A program made the translations under genes and the position numbers. From Rhizaria sp. SCN 62-66 (Eukaryota), in NCBI GenBank assembly GCA_001724265.1, contig MEDY01000002.1:186001-249647 (forward strand): a stretch of 63,647 nt of DNA, written 5' to 3'. This document shows positions 46,701-61,700 of the stretch, piece by piece (the stretch's first letter is position 1; every line of letters starts with the position of its first letter). A model generated the notes under the pieces. It was given only the letters and a program-made list of their open reading frames with translations. It did no database searches and was not told the DNA's origin.

Positions 46701-49700
46701 CCCCCTGCCCTCCGGCGGCATTGGCCCCGGAATGAATGTCACAGCCGAGTCAGTCTGGATGCCGACAGTTGCTGCGGTTAACAGCGCCAAGAGCTACCCC
46801 TTAGGCACGGCAGTGCGCTACTCCTGCGCGGCGGGCTACAGGCCTATTAATGGCACCTCACTTACCGCCGTTTGCACAATTGGCTTCGCCAGCACCAACA
46901 ATGAGTCGCCTATGTGGGTCGGCACTGCGGCGAACAGTGGCGCGTCGTTTGGATGCGAGCGCATTTTGTGCGCGACACCTGAAACTCTGGCTTACTATGT
47001 AAACACGGTGGCTGCCTTTCCTTTGGCGGAACTGGGCGGCGCTATTGACCCCACAGTCTCGGTAACTGCGGGATATCCGGTTGGTTCAGTTATTCATCTT
47101 GAATGCGGCACTGGTGCCGTCACATCACCTCTTAGCTACGTCGATCTCACGTACACATGCACCCAATCTGGCACCACGGCCACATTCCAGATGAACTTTC
47201 CTTTTTGGTTCGGCTATAGTCGATGCATAACTGCTGAGAGCTATGGGTTTGCGGCATGTGAACTTCTCAAACCTGTCGCCAACGCCATTGCCACGTATTC
47301 GGGCGTGAATAACTCTCTAAGCGAAAAGAGTTACCCACTTATCACGTCAGTTGTTAGTTACACCTGCGCACCTGGCGCGCATCTTGTGAGTGGTACCTCT
47401 ATTCGCGATTGCACGACTGACGGCATTTGGGGGGGTGAAACCCCCGTCTGCGTGGCCACGCCTATGTGTCCCTCCGCTGCAACGCTGCTTGGTGCTGACA
47501 TCACCGAAGACTCTGCAAAGATCGCTGGTATTGATATCGTGTATTCGGAGTCACCGGCACTCGGGGGTTCGCTCGCCATTGGCGCCACTGCTTCGATCTC
47601 CTGCTCTAGTGCTCTTGGTGGTGTCCCCCACAACTCTACACTGGGTGCGCCCCGCACGTACGTTTGCAACAGCGAGTCTGGCGCTGGTGTGTGGCAGCTG
47701 AAGGATGCTACGACCGGTGAACTCGTTCTCTCTGGCCCGCTTGTCGATTCGCCGATGCAGTGTGATGTGGCAACGTGTGTTGACATTAAGAACGACCTAA
47801 AATCGCGTTTTCTGCTCTTCACAGAGGCAAAGTCTGATGATTTTAGCTCACGTCAATACCCACAGGCATCGATTTCTCTCGAACTATTATGTGCGCGCGG
47901 TTATGCGCCCTCAACCAAGATCACTTTAACTGGTGCGAACGACCCCGACACGTGTCCTGCTGCACCCTCTGGCACGCTGAGCACCATCACTTGTCTTGGT
48001 GATGGCAAGTGGTATGGCGTTGTGCCCGTGTGCGAGCCCGTGACATGCCCGCACGTGACCGAAACCGTGTACCTTCTTGATGAAAATGGTGAGGTTATCT
48101 CGGTAAAGCATGTTGTGCCTGAGGGTTCACCCAATGACGTGCCTGTCTCGTCGGGCTCTGGTGGGCTATTTACGCCGCCATATGACAACTGCGATCTGGA
48201 TCAAAAGTGCCGTCTGTCAGGCTCCATCGACACCATGATGACTTCTGCAGTTGCGGCCTTTGAGAACAGCTCAGCCTTTGCGTACCCGACCTTCCGTTCC
48301 CAAATCCAGGTCAGCTGCCCCGCCGGCTACCGTCCTGACGCGAGCCTCATCGAGTGTGCTGCTGATGGCAAGTGGTTTGGTCGCGCAGTCGCGTGCTCAC
48401 GTGTAACCTGCAGAGCCCCGCCCGCGGCACCTCAGACGATGTCTGTGTCTATTCGCGCGCCCGCAAGCTCTGGCTCTACCGTGTACGCGTTTGAGCCCAC
48501 ACAGGGCTACCCTTCGGGTGCGCGCGCTACGTACTCCTGTCGGACCAACTCCTCGACCAATGACTCCACGATTGTTGCGCTGCAAGTGCTTGAGTGTGAC
48601 GAGACCGGCGCGTGGCTCGCTGCAGACTCCGCTGCGGCCAACACAACAATCCCGCTTGTGGGTCTCTGCTCGTTTGTCGACTCTTGCCCGCCTCTACCGC
48701 TCACGGTCTCGTTTATTGGATCGCAGTTGCTCTCAGGCTCTGCCGCCGCTAATGCTGGGTCGACCTATGACGCGCAGCGCACCTCACATCCGCTAGGTAC
48801 CGTGGCCGTTCTCGGCTGTCGCACGTGGTTCACGCCCGTCGTAGGCACTATGAGCACTCTCATTTGCACTGCGGCAGGCTGGACTCCATACAATGCGACG
48901 GCGGGCGCGCTGCCGTTACAGTGCACGCCGACGACGCAGTGTCCGGAATACCCCGCCATCACCAACGGGTCCGTCTCGTACTCTGATGGACGCACTCCTG
49001 GCTCCTATGTCATCCCCGTGTGCTCGTCTTCGGCGCTCAAAGTGTCTACTTCGACGACCATTGTGTGCATGCGCAGCGACATATCGAACTACTGGAGTGT
49101 GGCGTCGGTTGAGTGCGTGGCCCGCGCAGACTGCGGCCCGCTACCGCTCATGTCGCCAGTCTCGGCTGTGTTCTACTCCTCTCTGTCGGGCAGCACCAAG
49201 CCGACACTCGAAGCCGCGCACGCGCACGCAACGTGCGTGTCGGACGAGTATGTTCCGCTGAAAGACATCATCTGTCACGACGGTGCTTGGACGTCAGACA
49301 AGCCTTGCGTACAGGTGCAATGTCCGCTGCCGTTTGCAAATATTGCTGGGACTGCGAAGCGCCCGCTGCCCAACATCACCGTACACCACGGCTCCCAGTT
49401 CTATGGTACCTCAGGCATGGGTTATACGGTCGGTTCCAAGCTCACCCTGTCCTGCGCTGACCCGTTTATGGTCGAGAGTGTCGCTGCGTCGATGATTGAA
49501 TGTCTGTCGACGGGCGAGTGGTCGATCTCGCCGACGCGCTGCACTCAGTATGTGTGCCCCTACTTTGAGGCTCCCGTTGGCCAGGACGAAGTTGTGAACC
49601 CCACAACGAACCTCTTGGCCACAAACTGGAACTCCCCGGCGGCAGTCCCGGGCACAATGGCGTATACGCGGTGCTTTGTGCCGATGGCCACTGTGCAGTC

Positions 49701-52700
49701 GGGCGCAGTTGTTCCTGGTGACAAGACACTGCGAGGCGTGTACAAGTGCGTCTACGGCCGTGGTTGGGTTCAGCAGACAGCGTTGTCATGTCTGGTTGTG
49801 AGTTGTTCGAATTTCGTCAGCACGATGTACCCGCAGACAACGATTGCACCGGTCTTGATGTACTACGACCAACAGTCGTACCAGAAACTGGCGGCGGAAA
49901 TTGCCTCGGGTAATATATTTACCACGACGCTAGGCGCTGACTGGCGCACACAGAGCGAAAAGCTGCCAGCGCCGACGATGGCGTATGTGCAGAACTCGGT
50001 ACTGCTGGACAATATCACGACTGTGACGTACCGCGAGCCCCTGACTCTTATTAGCAATCCGCCTACGTATGAGAACTGGCATCTGCAACCGACAGCTACG
50101 GCGTATATCACCTGCCCGACTGGTTTCAACGTGCTACATGTGAGCCCTTACGAGTCATCCACGGTTGGCGACGAACGCGTGACCAAAGCGAGGATTATCA
50201 GTGGTGGCCGCTTCAGTGCTGAACGTGGTGAAGTTGAGTGTGTTGTCGATGAGACGACTGTTCCGAAGCTTAAGACTGTTGCGCAGCCCCTGCTGCACGA
50301 GTTTGACTCCGCCGTGTTTGACACAAGCCACATGGCTTCGTGGAAGAATGCCACCAGTGCGCGTATTATTTGCGCTCGTGAGTGCGAATCCGACTACACG
50401 AACACGCGTGCTGAGCTGCAAACTGATGGATACTACGATGGCGCAAACAACCCCAATGACGGCTTCCCATTGTTTTCCAATCTCGCTGGTGGCTATCGCT
50501 ACTGGCAATGCGGTATCAGCACGTATGACGCCACTCTTAACGCGAACTATGTGAAGCAGACCTGCGGGGATGATGGTCAGTGGACCCCTGCTGCTCCGAC
50601 ATGCGTGGCGTATCCTAACAGAACTTGCTCGGTGCCATACACGGCTGGAAACGTTTCTGACGGCACAGTCATCTCATTTAACAAGCACACGTTGGAGTCC
50701 GGCACTGTGGCGTCGACGTCTTGTATTGCTGGACTGTACGAATTCGCTGGTCAGAACTATGGAGCTGCGCAGCTCAACCAGACGTGCCGCCCCGACGGCA
50801 CGTGGAGCCCTGTTGCGCTGCCAGAGTGCGTCGAAATGCCTCGCTGCTCTGCAAGGACCACACGCCTTGGTGTCACATCAATCACGTACCTTGAAATTGA
50901 CGGGGCGATCTACGCTGTGGATCCCGCGACAATGCAGGGCGGTGTCGGCAATGACGGTGGCTGGGGCAGTGGGTTTGGCGGCTCTAACTTCAAGAGTAGC
51001 TTTGTGGCGGGCCCCAAGAAGCGCGCGTCTCGTGCTGGTTCTGCTGCTATGGCGGCTGCAGCCGACCCTGTGTTCCGCATCACCTCGACTTTAGACCGCA
51101 CTGCGAACGCGCAGGCTCTCGGTCTCGTGATCGGTGGCCCGACTTCGAACGCCTCCCCCGAATACTTGCATCTCAACTCTCAGGCATACGTCACGTGTAA
51201 GGCAGGCTTTGTGTACTACCCAACGTCGATTACGTATTGCTCGCGTGTGGCTTCTTCAACCACACTGTCTGATGGCGTGACCCCGGCGTGGGACGCTTCG
51301 TGGGCTGAGGACATTATGTGTATCCCGATGTGCGCGATCACCGACGTGCGCTTCGATACTTCTGGCACTCACGTTGACGTCACTTTCTCGTACCCGACGA
51401 CGCAGCCCGTCGTGACGTACATTGACGCTGCAAACGCGACTGTGCGCGACACAGCAGGCTCAATTCTCACGTGTACATACCTGCTCAGCAGCTCGACGAT
51501 CGCAATGCTGGGCAGCAGCAATGGCGTTTCATGCGCTTGGCGCTCACCGTCGGTGCTTCGTATCACGCTTGGCTACGGATTCACTCTGCGGCCCGGTGCG
51601 TCTGTGACTGTGAAGGGTGGCATCATCAAGCCTGCTATCTCGGCCACCAGCTCCGCGCTGTATCCTGATATTGACCCCGCGTTTGTGACGTACATGCCGC
51701 AGCACACCTGGAACGTGACCGCACCTTTGGTTGCGCCCAAGATCTATGTGGATCTCTCTGCGCCATCGAATATCGGATTCTGCTCGAAGCTCACGCTGAC
51801 ATTGCGCGCAATTATTGGCAACGGCGCGTTCCTGCCTTCAATTCAATTCGAGCTTGTGAACTCGACGAACACCACAGCGCTCACCAATTTTGCAGCATTG
51901 ATCGCGACACGTGCTCCATTTAACGTGAATGGTGTGTTTAACGAAACCTCAAGTCCGGCAATGGTCTCCTCGCTGACATTTACAACCAGCGAGCTCGCCA
52001 CATTTTTTCCGATTGGCACCACAGCAACTTTTGCTGTGCATATCACTACCTGGTTAGGCTCTACGTTTATGGCTTCAGTGACTGTCGCCAGGTCCAATGA
52101 TTTCATGTCGATCATCTCGTTCCCAGGCGGCCGCAGCAACACGTACACTGCAGGTGAGACGATCACTATTGTGCCTGTCGCCTCGCTTCCTACGTGCTTG
52201 GTTGAGTTACTGCGTCAGGTCATTGGGTATTCCTGGGGCGCATGGCCTGGTCAGATTCTTCCGTCGCGCTTTTACACCACTGTCACAAGGGTGAACGAGT
52301 CGTCGCTCGTCATCCCGCCTTACACTCTGCCCGCTGGTGCATCATATCGTTTGCAGTTCTGCGTGACTAGCGGCGTTTTAGGTATAGTAGGGACATACAT
52401 CACTACTTGTGAGCGCACTAAGCTTACGATCAAGTCACTGCCGCTCACTGCGGGTCTCTCTCTGTGGCCCTCGACGTCATCATCGACCTCATCCGTGTCT
52501 TACTCCACAGGCACAAGTGTGTCTCCGCTTGTCCGCGTGTATGAGACGCTGTTCACATATGTATATGACTCTAGTGTACACTCTGCTGCTTCTGAGGCAT
52601 CGACGTTTGACACTGCGACTCCGTTCAAGTTACTCTCCACTCAAAACTCGAGCAGTAGCGTTGGTGGGACAGTGTTTGTGCCGAACCAGAGACTTGTTCT

Positions 52701-55700
52701 GTACGCCAATGCATCGTTTGATCCTGACGCCGAGTCTATAACTGAGACGTCGCATGTCTACAGCTGGACGTGCTATCGCCGCTACCACTCGCCGACCACG
52801 ATTAACACGTATGTGCCTCTCAACATGACCATCCGCTCCGCCCTCACGCATGCAGATTTGGCCACTAACTCGTCACTGTCACAGTTGCAGCTCACTGCAG
52901 GACTGGCAGAGCTTCAGACCGCGTCCACCCCCTGCTTCATGGCGGGCAGCGTCGGTGCATCACTCCTTGACTCGTCGCAGTCCATCATCACACTTCCTGC
53001 GTCGGTGATGGCAACGCTGGTTGAGACCGATACTGAGCGTGCGTCGACTATTGGCCAGCGCGCTGACGCGATGGTTTCGGTGTACTTCGCCGTCACCGTG
53101 AAGTCAACGTCGAACGCTACGCGCGCCTCCACAGCTGTTCTCGCGGGCGTTGTCCGTCGCACGAACCGCTACTACGTCAGCGCCGCCGCAGTGCCGCATC
53201 CGCAGTACGCGCCCGGCATTTTCCCGGTCTTTGAGAATTTGCGCCTTTCTGCGCGCGTGTCGGCCAAGGACAGCAACTATGCCGTGCTGTGGACCTGCGA
53301 GTCTGGGCAGCTTTCGCTCGCGTCGTCTTACGTCACAATCGGCAGCAAACGCACTCTGACCACGCTTGTGATTAACGCAACCGCGCTGAGCCCTGATACT
53401 ACGTATACGTTCCGTGCCCATATTTTTCCTGCTGACGCCGCGTACCCGCTCTCTTCCCCGCCGGCCGCTGCAGTGGCCGCAGCAGACGGTGACCGCATCA
53501 CTGGCGTGATGCTACCAGGCGCGGTCGACTCGTCCCTGGTGACAGTTGTGACTGCGGCTGCGCCGACTGCGGGTCGCTGCGGACTTGACGACTCTGGAGC
53601 AACGAGTCCAACGGTGACCGCACGCTGCTATGGATTCTCCGCCGCGGAGGCGGTGCTACCGCTGACCTACCGTTGGTACGCCGCTACTACCCCGGTCGAC
53701 GTCTCCTTTGCATCGAGCTCTGCTGAGGCGTCACGGCTGCTGAGTCAGACCCCGAAGCTCTTGCTTCACTCGACGCGTGTGGATCCTGTTCGTGAATTCA
53801 CGTACCTCTCCTCCGCTGTCACCGTGCTCGTTGAGGCAACAGATGCGGTGGGTGTTAGTGCTTGGACAACTTTCACAGTGCCCGCGTCTGCGCTCACCGA
53901 CTCATCATCAGCTGATCCGGCGGTCGTGCGTTCAGCGCTGACGACGCGGGCGTCGACGCTTGTGAACAAAGCGCGCGCAGCGTTAGCGAGCCAACACGCT
54001 AGTGATGTTGTGCAAGTCTTTTCTGCGTTATTCACCACTGCCCATGCGCTTGCCCCGCAAACTGGCTTCGCAGTTGCTATGGCACTTACAAAGGAGCTTG
54101 TCAATGGCAATCTCGACGCTGCGCTTGCCAACGTGGAGAACGAAGCCGTGCCTTCGTCATTCGACGGCAATTCAACAGCGTCTTCTGACTCTGATGCGTA
54201 CGTGGCGCAGGAGGCCCCTATGGCTCATCCCACGAGCCAATTTGCAACCACAGCGTCGACTGAAACTTCACCGGCATCGACAACGACGCCGACTCACACA
54301 GGTATGGCTCTAGCGACCTATTTGGTAAACGCGTTGTACACTACCGTGAGTGAGATGAATACTTTGGTGAATAGTACTAGCGACAGCTCGACCATTACAG
54401 AACCTGCGCGTCAGAGTCAAGCACGTCGTCTGCGTTCTGAGGTTGCGAGTGTCTTGCGCAAGATTGGTGTCCTGGACAGCAACAACATGATTGTCGAGAG
54501 CGCAAACTCAGCGTCGCTGATGGCTTCATTAAATGAGACCCAGCTGTTTAGTTACACGTCCACCACCGTCGAGTCGACGGCGCAGGATGATGGCGCATGG
54601 CCAGCGTTTTTTGCCGTCTGGAACATGTGGCAGCGTGTGCTGTCCTACCAGTCGAAGCAAGTCATTGCGCTTGCTGCCTCGAAGGGTGCCAGTGCGACGG
54701 ATGTGCTTGATTTGAGCCTTGCTAACCTTGTCAGTGGTGTGTACGTCATGCAGCGGCTCTCGGGCTTCAGCGCGCTTGGCCCTGTTGTCGACACGCTGCT
54801 TGAACATGTTACAAAGCTCACTCCGGCCTTCACCGCACTCAGTCTGCGTGGCAAGGTGGCTAACGAAGCGCCCGTGATCATCGGCAGCAGCGGACTCGCA
54901 TTCGCATTCCTGCGTTCGTCGACACAGATGCAGATCGGGGCCACAGTGCAGCCGCATGCTGCCATGATGACGTCGATCAAGGACAAGTACAACATGTCCA
55001 GTTTCCTTTTCAGCGTTTCATCGAACGCTGAGTCCACTGCCGATGATATCGAATCTGAGGATGACGCCGGGTGGTTCTTTACCACCGCTTCGAACAAGGC
55101 CAAGACCGCACCTCGTGCTGACAGCGCGTTGACAGCGCCTTGGGACGGTGCCCGCTTTGTCAACAACGACGAGATCGTGTCTGATTCGCCGACTGCCGAC
55201 GACGACGCTGGCTCAGTCACGCTGCCTGATGCGCTGCTGTCGAGCCATGCGCTGAATGGCTATGAGAGCTCCGACATCGCTGTTTTCACTCTCTTCTCGG
55301 GCGGCGCCCTCTCCATGATTGCTAAGGATGCCGCCGACACGGCCGCTGTGTTGACCGGTGGGACCGGCGCAGCCCCCAACGCGTATCAGACGCACAGTCT
55401 CGCGAGTACGCTCCCCGGTGTGTCCACGTTGTCTCTGCCGCGCGACGCGTTTGGTTTCCGTGAAGGTGCTCTTTTTAGCAGCGAGTCCGACTCTGGTCTC
55501 TCTGACGACGAGATTGAAGTGATTAGTAACCTTATGTTCAAGACTAGCGACTCGGATAAGTGGCCGCTGTGGGTTCGCTCCGGACTCTCCAACGTTATGG
55601 CCTATGCAGGCAGCGCAGATCGTAAGGTTGCGGCGCAAGTTGCAGCCGCCGCCTCCTCTGTTGCGGATGCGCCTCCCGCTGCCTTTGTTGCGCAAGTTTT

Positions 55701-58700
55701 CACGCAAGAGCAGCTTGCACAACTCAACGAAGTGCACAGCCGTGGCGCTGCGCTCGCAAGTATGCTCAGTATGCCTGGTCAGGACAGTCGCAATGAAGCG
55801 TTCTTTGATTCAGACGCATGGGAACCTCTTTACACTCCGATGTACGTGACTGTTGCGCACAGTGCGGTCGGTGTCAACATGACCGCGCGCTGTGCGAGCA
55901 GGCCGAGTGAATGGTCACAGTCGACCTCGGTCACAGATGCAGTGACTGGCACCACAGCGACTGCGCAGACCGGCACCGCTAGCGACTGGGATACCTCCTC
56001 GTGTACCGTCGCTGAGAGCATTTCGTCTACGCGCACGGTCTGCGCTTGCACCCGTCTGGGACTATATGCAGTGCTGGCTGCGCCAGTCACGCTCCCCGTA
56101 GCTGAGCCAGTGACGGGTCCACTGGCGTTCATTGGATTGACCTCACAAATGCTGAAGGACAACATCGCTCCGATTGTCATCATCGCCGCTGTGTGCGCCA
56201 TCTGTCTACTCGCCGTTCTGCTCGCGGGCAGCTGCGATGCGGCAGCGATGCGCAACAGCATTCTGCTCGCAGCGTTGCGGTGGAACAAACGCCACCTCGC
56301 GAATCATCCGTGGGCGCTGGAGACTGACCCTGCTGCGCTTGCTGCCGCCGCCGCCGCAAGTGAAGCAGCCGCCACGCGCGCTGCGGCCGCTGCCAAGAAG
56401 GCCGCCGCTGCTGCTGCTGCCGCCGCCGCAGCTCCTGACTTGAGTGGACATGTCTCTGCTTCCTCCGGCCCTATTGTGTCTCAAAATGAAGGTGAGATTG
56501 CTCAGGCTTCCAGTCCCCTGCCGCCGCCGCCTGAGCCTGTTGCCGCCGGTGAGCCCGCGTCCTCGACAGCCGCCCAGACTGTCGAACGTGTTCCTCGCTC
56601 TCTCCCGCCTCTCACTTCCTGCTCAACTCTGCCGCCGTCTGGTCTGATCTCCTCGGTCCGCTCCCGCACGCGCCCTGCCGACGGATACCAATCGGACGAC
56701 TTGTTCCAGAATGCAATTAGCATGTTTCAGAACAAGCACGTGCGCGGTCGCCCGCAAAGCCGTTGCGAGAGCATGTCTACCACGCCGACGCCGACCAGTA
56801 GCCGCAACCGCGAGCCCACTGCGGCGGAAACGCAGCAACGTCAGCAGCAGCAAGTACACAAGGTTCTCACTAAGGCGCTGAACCAGAGTGTTCAGGACAC
56901 CAACGGTGGCAACAACGCGAGTTCACGCGATGCTCGGTTCTTGGCCTCCAGTCGCCAACACGCAGACTCAACTTCTCGCATGGGCGCTGCCGAACACGAC
57001 GATGCCGGCGAGGTTGACATTGCCGCTCTGGCCGCGGCCGCCAAGGCGCTTGATGTGGAGCTGCAGGACGAACTTGACGAGATGGAAAACTGCTCCGGTA
57101 GGGACTCTGATTCCGACACGCTTCAGAGCGATGACGACATTGATGACGACATTAATGAGGCCAATGGTAATAACAAGAATGGTGAGCGTGATCGCGCCTC
57201 TGTTGCGAGTAAGTTTAGCAGTGGAAGTGCCTCGATCTGGGGCCCGCGCCCGAAGCCCATCTGCTCGATCGTCGGCATCATGTGCTCTCGTCTTTCACGC
57301 CGCCGTCACGTTGCATACTCGATTTGGCGCCGTTCATCCGTCTCGCGCATTACGTTCACGCGCCGCTTTGCAATCATCTTTGCTGCAGCTGTTTGGGCGC
57401 TTGCGTGCGCTTCGCTCGTTCTCTTCTTCGTCTTCGGCTCCCCGCGCGACAGCGAAGGTGAGGGTTCGTACTCTGCCGAAACCACTGTGCTGCGCATTGT
57501 TGTCGCCGGAGCTATCGCGTCCGCTCTCATTGCTGTGCTTTCACAGCTTCTGCTCTGTGTCATGCGCACTTCTGGCGTCAAGCGTGCCGATGACTTCGTC
57601 CGCTACTATGCGGAGCAAGTTGCATTTGCCAACTACTGCGGGGGCGTGGTTCCCGCGGCTGGCTCTGGTACCTACAGGAACAACTTCTTCCCCCAGATGG
57701 AGTTACCCTTGGTTCTCTACACTCGCACCAAGCCCGCTGGTGTCAATATCGCGCCTTCTCCTTCTGCTACCGCCTCTGTCGCAACTGTTGCTGGCAGTCG
57801 CAAACACGGAGTATCGTCTAAACGGTCTGGACAGGCACGGGCGGGCTCACCGCTCGGTGCGAGCCGGACTGCGGCTGACTTGACCGTCAGTGAGGGATCG
57901 GTTGGTATGCGTGTGCAGTGCGCATGCGATACTTGCTCCACTCGTGCGCGCGCCGCAGCCGCTGTTTTCAACAACCAGCGCATGCGCAATCTTGGTTGGA
58001 TCACGCTCTGTGTCGGTCCTGCAGTCAGGCTCGCGGCCACAGCCGCTGCAGCGGTCGTTGCAGCTGCCGGCCGCTCCCAAACGGCGTCGGTTGAGGGTGA
58101 CGCTGCTGGCGCGGTGGCGTCAGCATCAACCTTGAGTGTCAATGAGACATCGATCTCGGGTCCATCATTAGGTCTCTCTTCGATCTACGCGACCGGTGAT
58201 AACAACGGTCAAAGCGGCGCTTCTCCTCCCGCCAACAATCCTGCTGGTGAGCCTGCATCTGCCGCTCCTGCTTCTTCACGTGAGCCTTGCCTCCTGCGCG
58301 CTGCGATACAGTCACGCAATACGCGCGCGTTCGAGCTGCTACACATGCTTTCCTTTGCCGCACGCTGGCGCCCTCAGCCCCGCGAGATTCCCGACGCTGC
58401 CACGGAGCTCGCTCGCCTTATCAACCCCGAGTCCGCGATCTCTACTGGCGCTGCGAATGTCGCCGAGGTTGTTGCTGCGGCCGCGATACTGGAGAGCATG
58501 ACTCGCCAAGCCCGCGCTGATGACATTCACGCCAATAACTACGTGTCGTCGTCGGGTCGCGCTGCAACGCCTGAGTCTCACTTCGTCTCTGACAGTGCTG
58601 AGGTCGTGCGTGCATCCCCCTCAGTCACGGCGCCCACGTCGCCCATGAGCAATGGAGTCAACGGCGCAGTCGTACTCACGATCACCTCGAATGAGCCCTC

Positions 58701-61700
58701 TTCTATGACCGCTGGTGCGCCCGATCATGTCGGTGAAGCCCAAACGGGTGTTTCTGATATCTCGTCATCGACTGCAGCTCCGGCGACTGTCCCGCAGATG
58801 ACCGCTGCACAACGGCAGGCGTCGATGCGTCTTGCGCGCGAGCGCCTGCTGCAGCGCCGTTTGCGTGTGCTGCCGCTGGCGACACTATACGGCGACAACG
58901 CGATGAACCGCGGCGCCGCCGTGCGCGCGGGCCAGGCATACCGCTGCCGCACCACGCTCACGGGGTTCGATGAAGACATCAACGCGAGCAGCAGCAGTGA
59001 AAGCGAAGGCGAGCGCGTGCGTACCGTCGGTGTCCGCACCAGTGCGACAAATAAGCGCGGCGGCAAGGCATTCCCGACCTCCAAGGACGCCAACACTGCC
59101 GCTGCCGCCACCGCCACTGCGGCTACGACTGCTTTCGGCAAGTCCGACAGTCTCTCTGAGGCACCGACAGTGTCTGTTGCAGGCGCGGCCCCGGGCACGT
59201 ACATTACCGTCGCCACCGTCGCGGGCGCGCGCAACGACGCCTTGCTCGCCGCGGCCCGCGCGCGCCGCCACCGCCGCCGCGCCGGCGAGCTGCTGCGGTC
59301 CGCTGACCCCGAGCCCAGCACCGGTGAGCGCGCGCTGGCCGCGTGCTACAGTGGCGTGCCGCTCTGTGGCCTCGGTGGGCGCAAGAGCGCTGGGTACCAG
59401 CTCCAGGAGCAGTTGGCGCAGCGCCAGCGCGAAGAGGCGCTCATTGCGCGCGCTCTCGTAATCCTAGTCGCCGTTGACCCCGCGCACGTGCTGCGCTGTT
59501 ATGAGCGCTTTGTCGACCCGACTCCGTTCAAGGAAGCTGCACCCGCCGGCGCGCCCAGTGCGGGTGCTGCGACTGCTGTGGTCGCTCCCGCGACGAACAC
59601 CAGGGGGACAGTACCGGCTCCTGCCGCTGCTGCTGCCCCGCCGAGCCGTTCGCATCGCTCGCGCCGCCGCAAGCGCGTTTGCTGCTGCTGCTGGCGCATC
59701 CGCACTCGCTCGCACCGCGAAACCTCGACTGCTCCAACTTCATCTGCTTCTAACAACGCAGCTCAGAACCGCAACCAGAGTTCCAACGCTGCATCGCCCG
59801 TCACTCCGTTTGCGCAGCCGCAGTCTGAAAAGTACGAGCTGCAGCGCGAGAGCATGTGCGCCTGGTCTCTGCTGCCCGCGCTGCTGCTACAGCTCACCTT
59901 GATCGTGGGCACGATCCTCGTCGGCATTATGATCGCGCTCGTCTTCTCGGTCCGCCTCGCCGCTCGCGACGGCTCCGCGGGCGTGTGGGTGTGGGCCGTC
60001 GGCGCGCTTTGTGGACTGCTGTTTGACTGGTTCATCACTACGCCTCTTAGTCTCTCCGCTATCGCCGTCGTCGCGGGCTGCGCTGCGCATCTGCGCATGC
60101 GTCTCCACGGCCGCCGCCGCCGTGAGATTGCGCGCGAGATGCGCCAGCGCCGCCGCGCCGTGATCTTGCTTGCACGGGAGCGTGTGCTTGCACAGCTGCG
60201 CACGATGCGCGGCCGCGGACCTCAGGGCAATGGTGAAGTTGTCTGGAAGGCGCGTGCACTTGACAACGCCGCCGCCAGTGGCAACACTGTCAACAATGAG
60301 GAGCGCGCCCGTCGCGCGAACAATCCTCTTCGCAACAGCACGACAAGTGCTGTACCCATGGTTCCTCGTGGCACTCACGCCCGTCCCGACCCGAGCGCTA
60401 CGGGCAAGCTGACGCAGAAGAAGATAGTCATCGCGATCGCGAACCGCGCGCTGAACGCGGCCGCGGGCAAGGACCGCGACAGCCACGACCCCAGCGCCTC
60501 GGCCTGGGGCTGGGCGCCGATCGCGCTCACACAACTGACGGCGCGCACGGCTCACGCTGCGCCTGCGCTCGCGCCCTTGCCTCTGCTCACGTTCGCAGGA
60601 CTTGAGCTCGACGATCTGGAGTCACCGTCGGCACCTAAGTTGCGGTCGCTGAAAAACCACCCCGGTATCGCCGACCTGCTCATCAATGAGGCCAACGCAA
60701 ATGGCAATGGCGATAGACAAGCACAGAAACAGAGACAATGTCAGGAAGTTGGAAAGCCTGTGATTGTGCAGAGTCCACCACCGGAGAAGAATGTGATCGC
60801 GGCTTCTCCTGAGCAAGACACTGCGCCTCAGGTCAACGCAAACGTCCTTGTACTGTCTGCTGAGAGCGCTGGACCTGCGGATCCTGGCATCGAGACGAAC
60901 GTCGTTACGGCTTATGCGGAGCCGCCTGTCGCTGCGCCAGTCACAGTGCATGTTGCTGCCGCGCCTGTGTGTGTGCAGGAACCTGAGCCTGTTACTAATG
61001 CACTCTCAGGGTCTGTTCCAGTGACGGATGGTAGCGACTTCGATCATCGCCGCAACAACAGTCGCAATCGCATTAATGACAACGCCAATAAGATGGGAAA
61101 TGGTGCTGTGCCGGTGACTGCAAGCGCACCTGCACCCTTGGGTATGGCTCCTCCTCCGCCGCCGCTGGCTCTGTTCATGAACAACAACGGCGCACCGCCG
61201 ACGGAGCAGCAGATGCGGCAGTACACTGAGAACTACAACGCACTCGTGTCGTACTACATGCAGCAGCACCAGCAGCAATTGCTCGCCATGCAGCAGCAGC
61301 AGCAGCCGCAACAGCAGCAACAGCAAATGCAGCAGTATCAGAATATGATGTCGCAGCAGCAACAGCAGCAGATACAGCAGCAAGTACAGCACCAGGCGCC
61401 CCCGCAGCCATCCCACGTTCTTCAACAGCCTGCTAAAGAGCAGCGGAAACCTCTCACCGAGTTCCTGCCTGTCTTGCAAGACAACTACAAGGACCACGTC
61501 TCACTCTCGCGCGGCGGAGGCGAGACTCAGTCTATCACCCGTGCCAGCGGCTACGGCAGTGCGATGCCCAGCGGCTTTGGTGGCGGTGGCGGCAGTGTCT
61601 ACGGCGGATCTGCTCGTGGTGGTAGTGCCATGAGCATCGGTTCCGGTGTCTCTCAAGCGCCAAGCGGGCAGCAGCAAAAGTTTCAGCAACAACAGATGCG

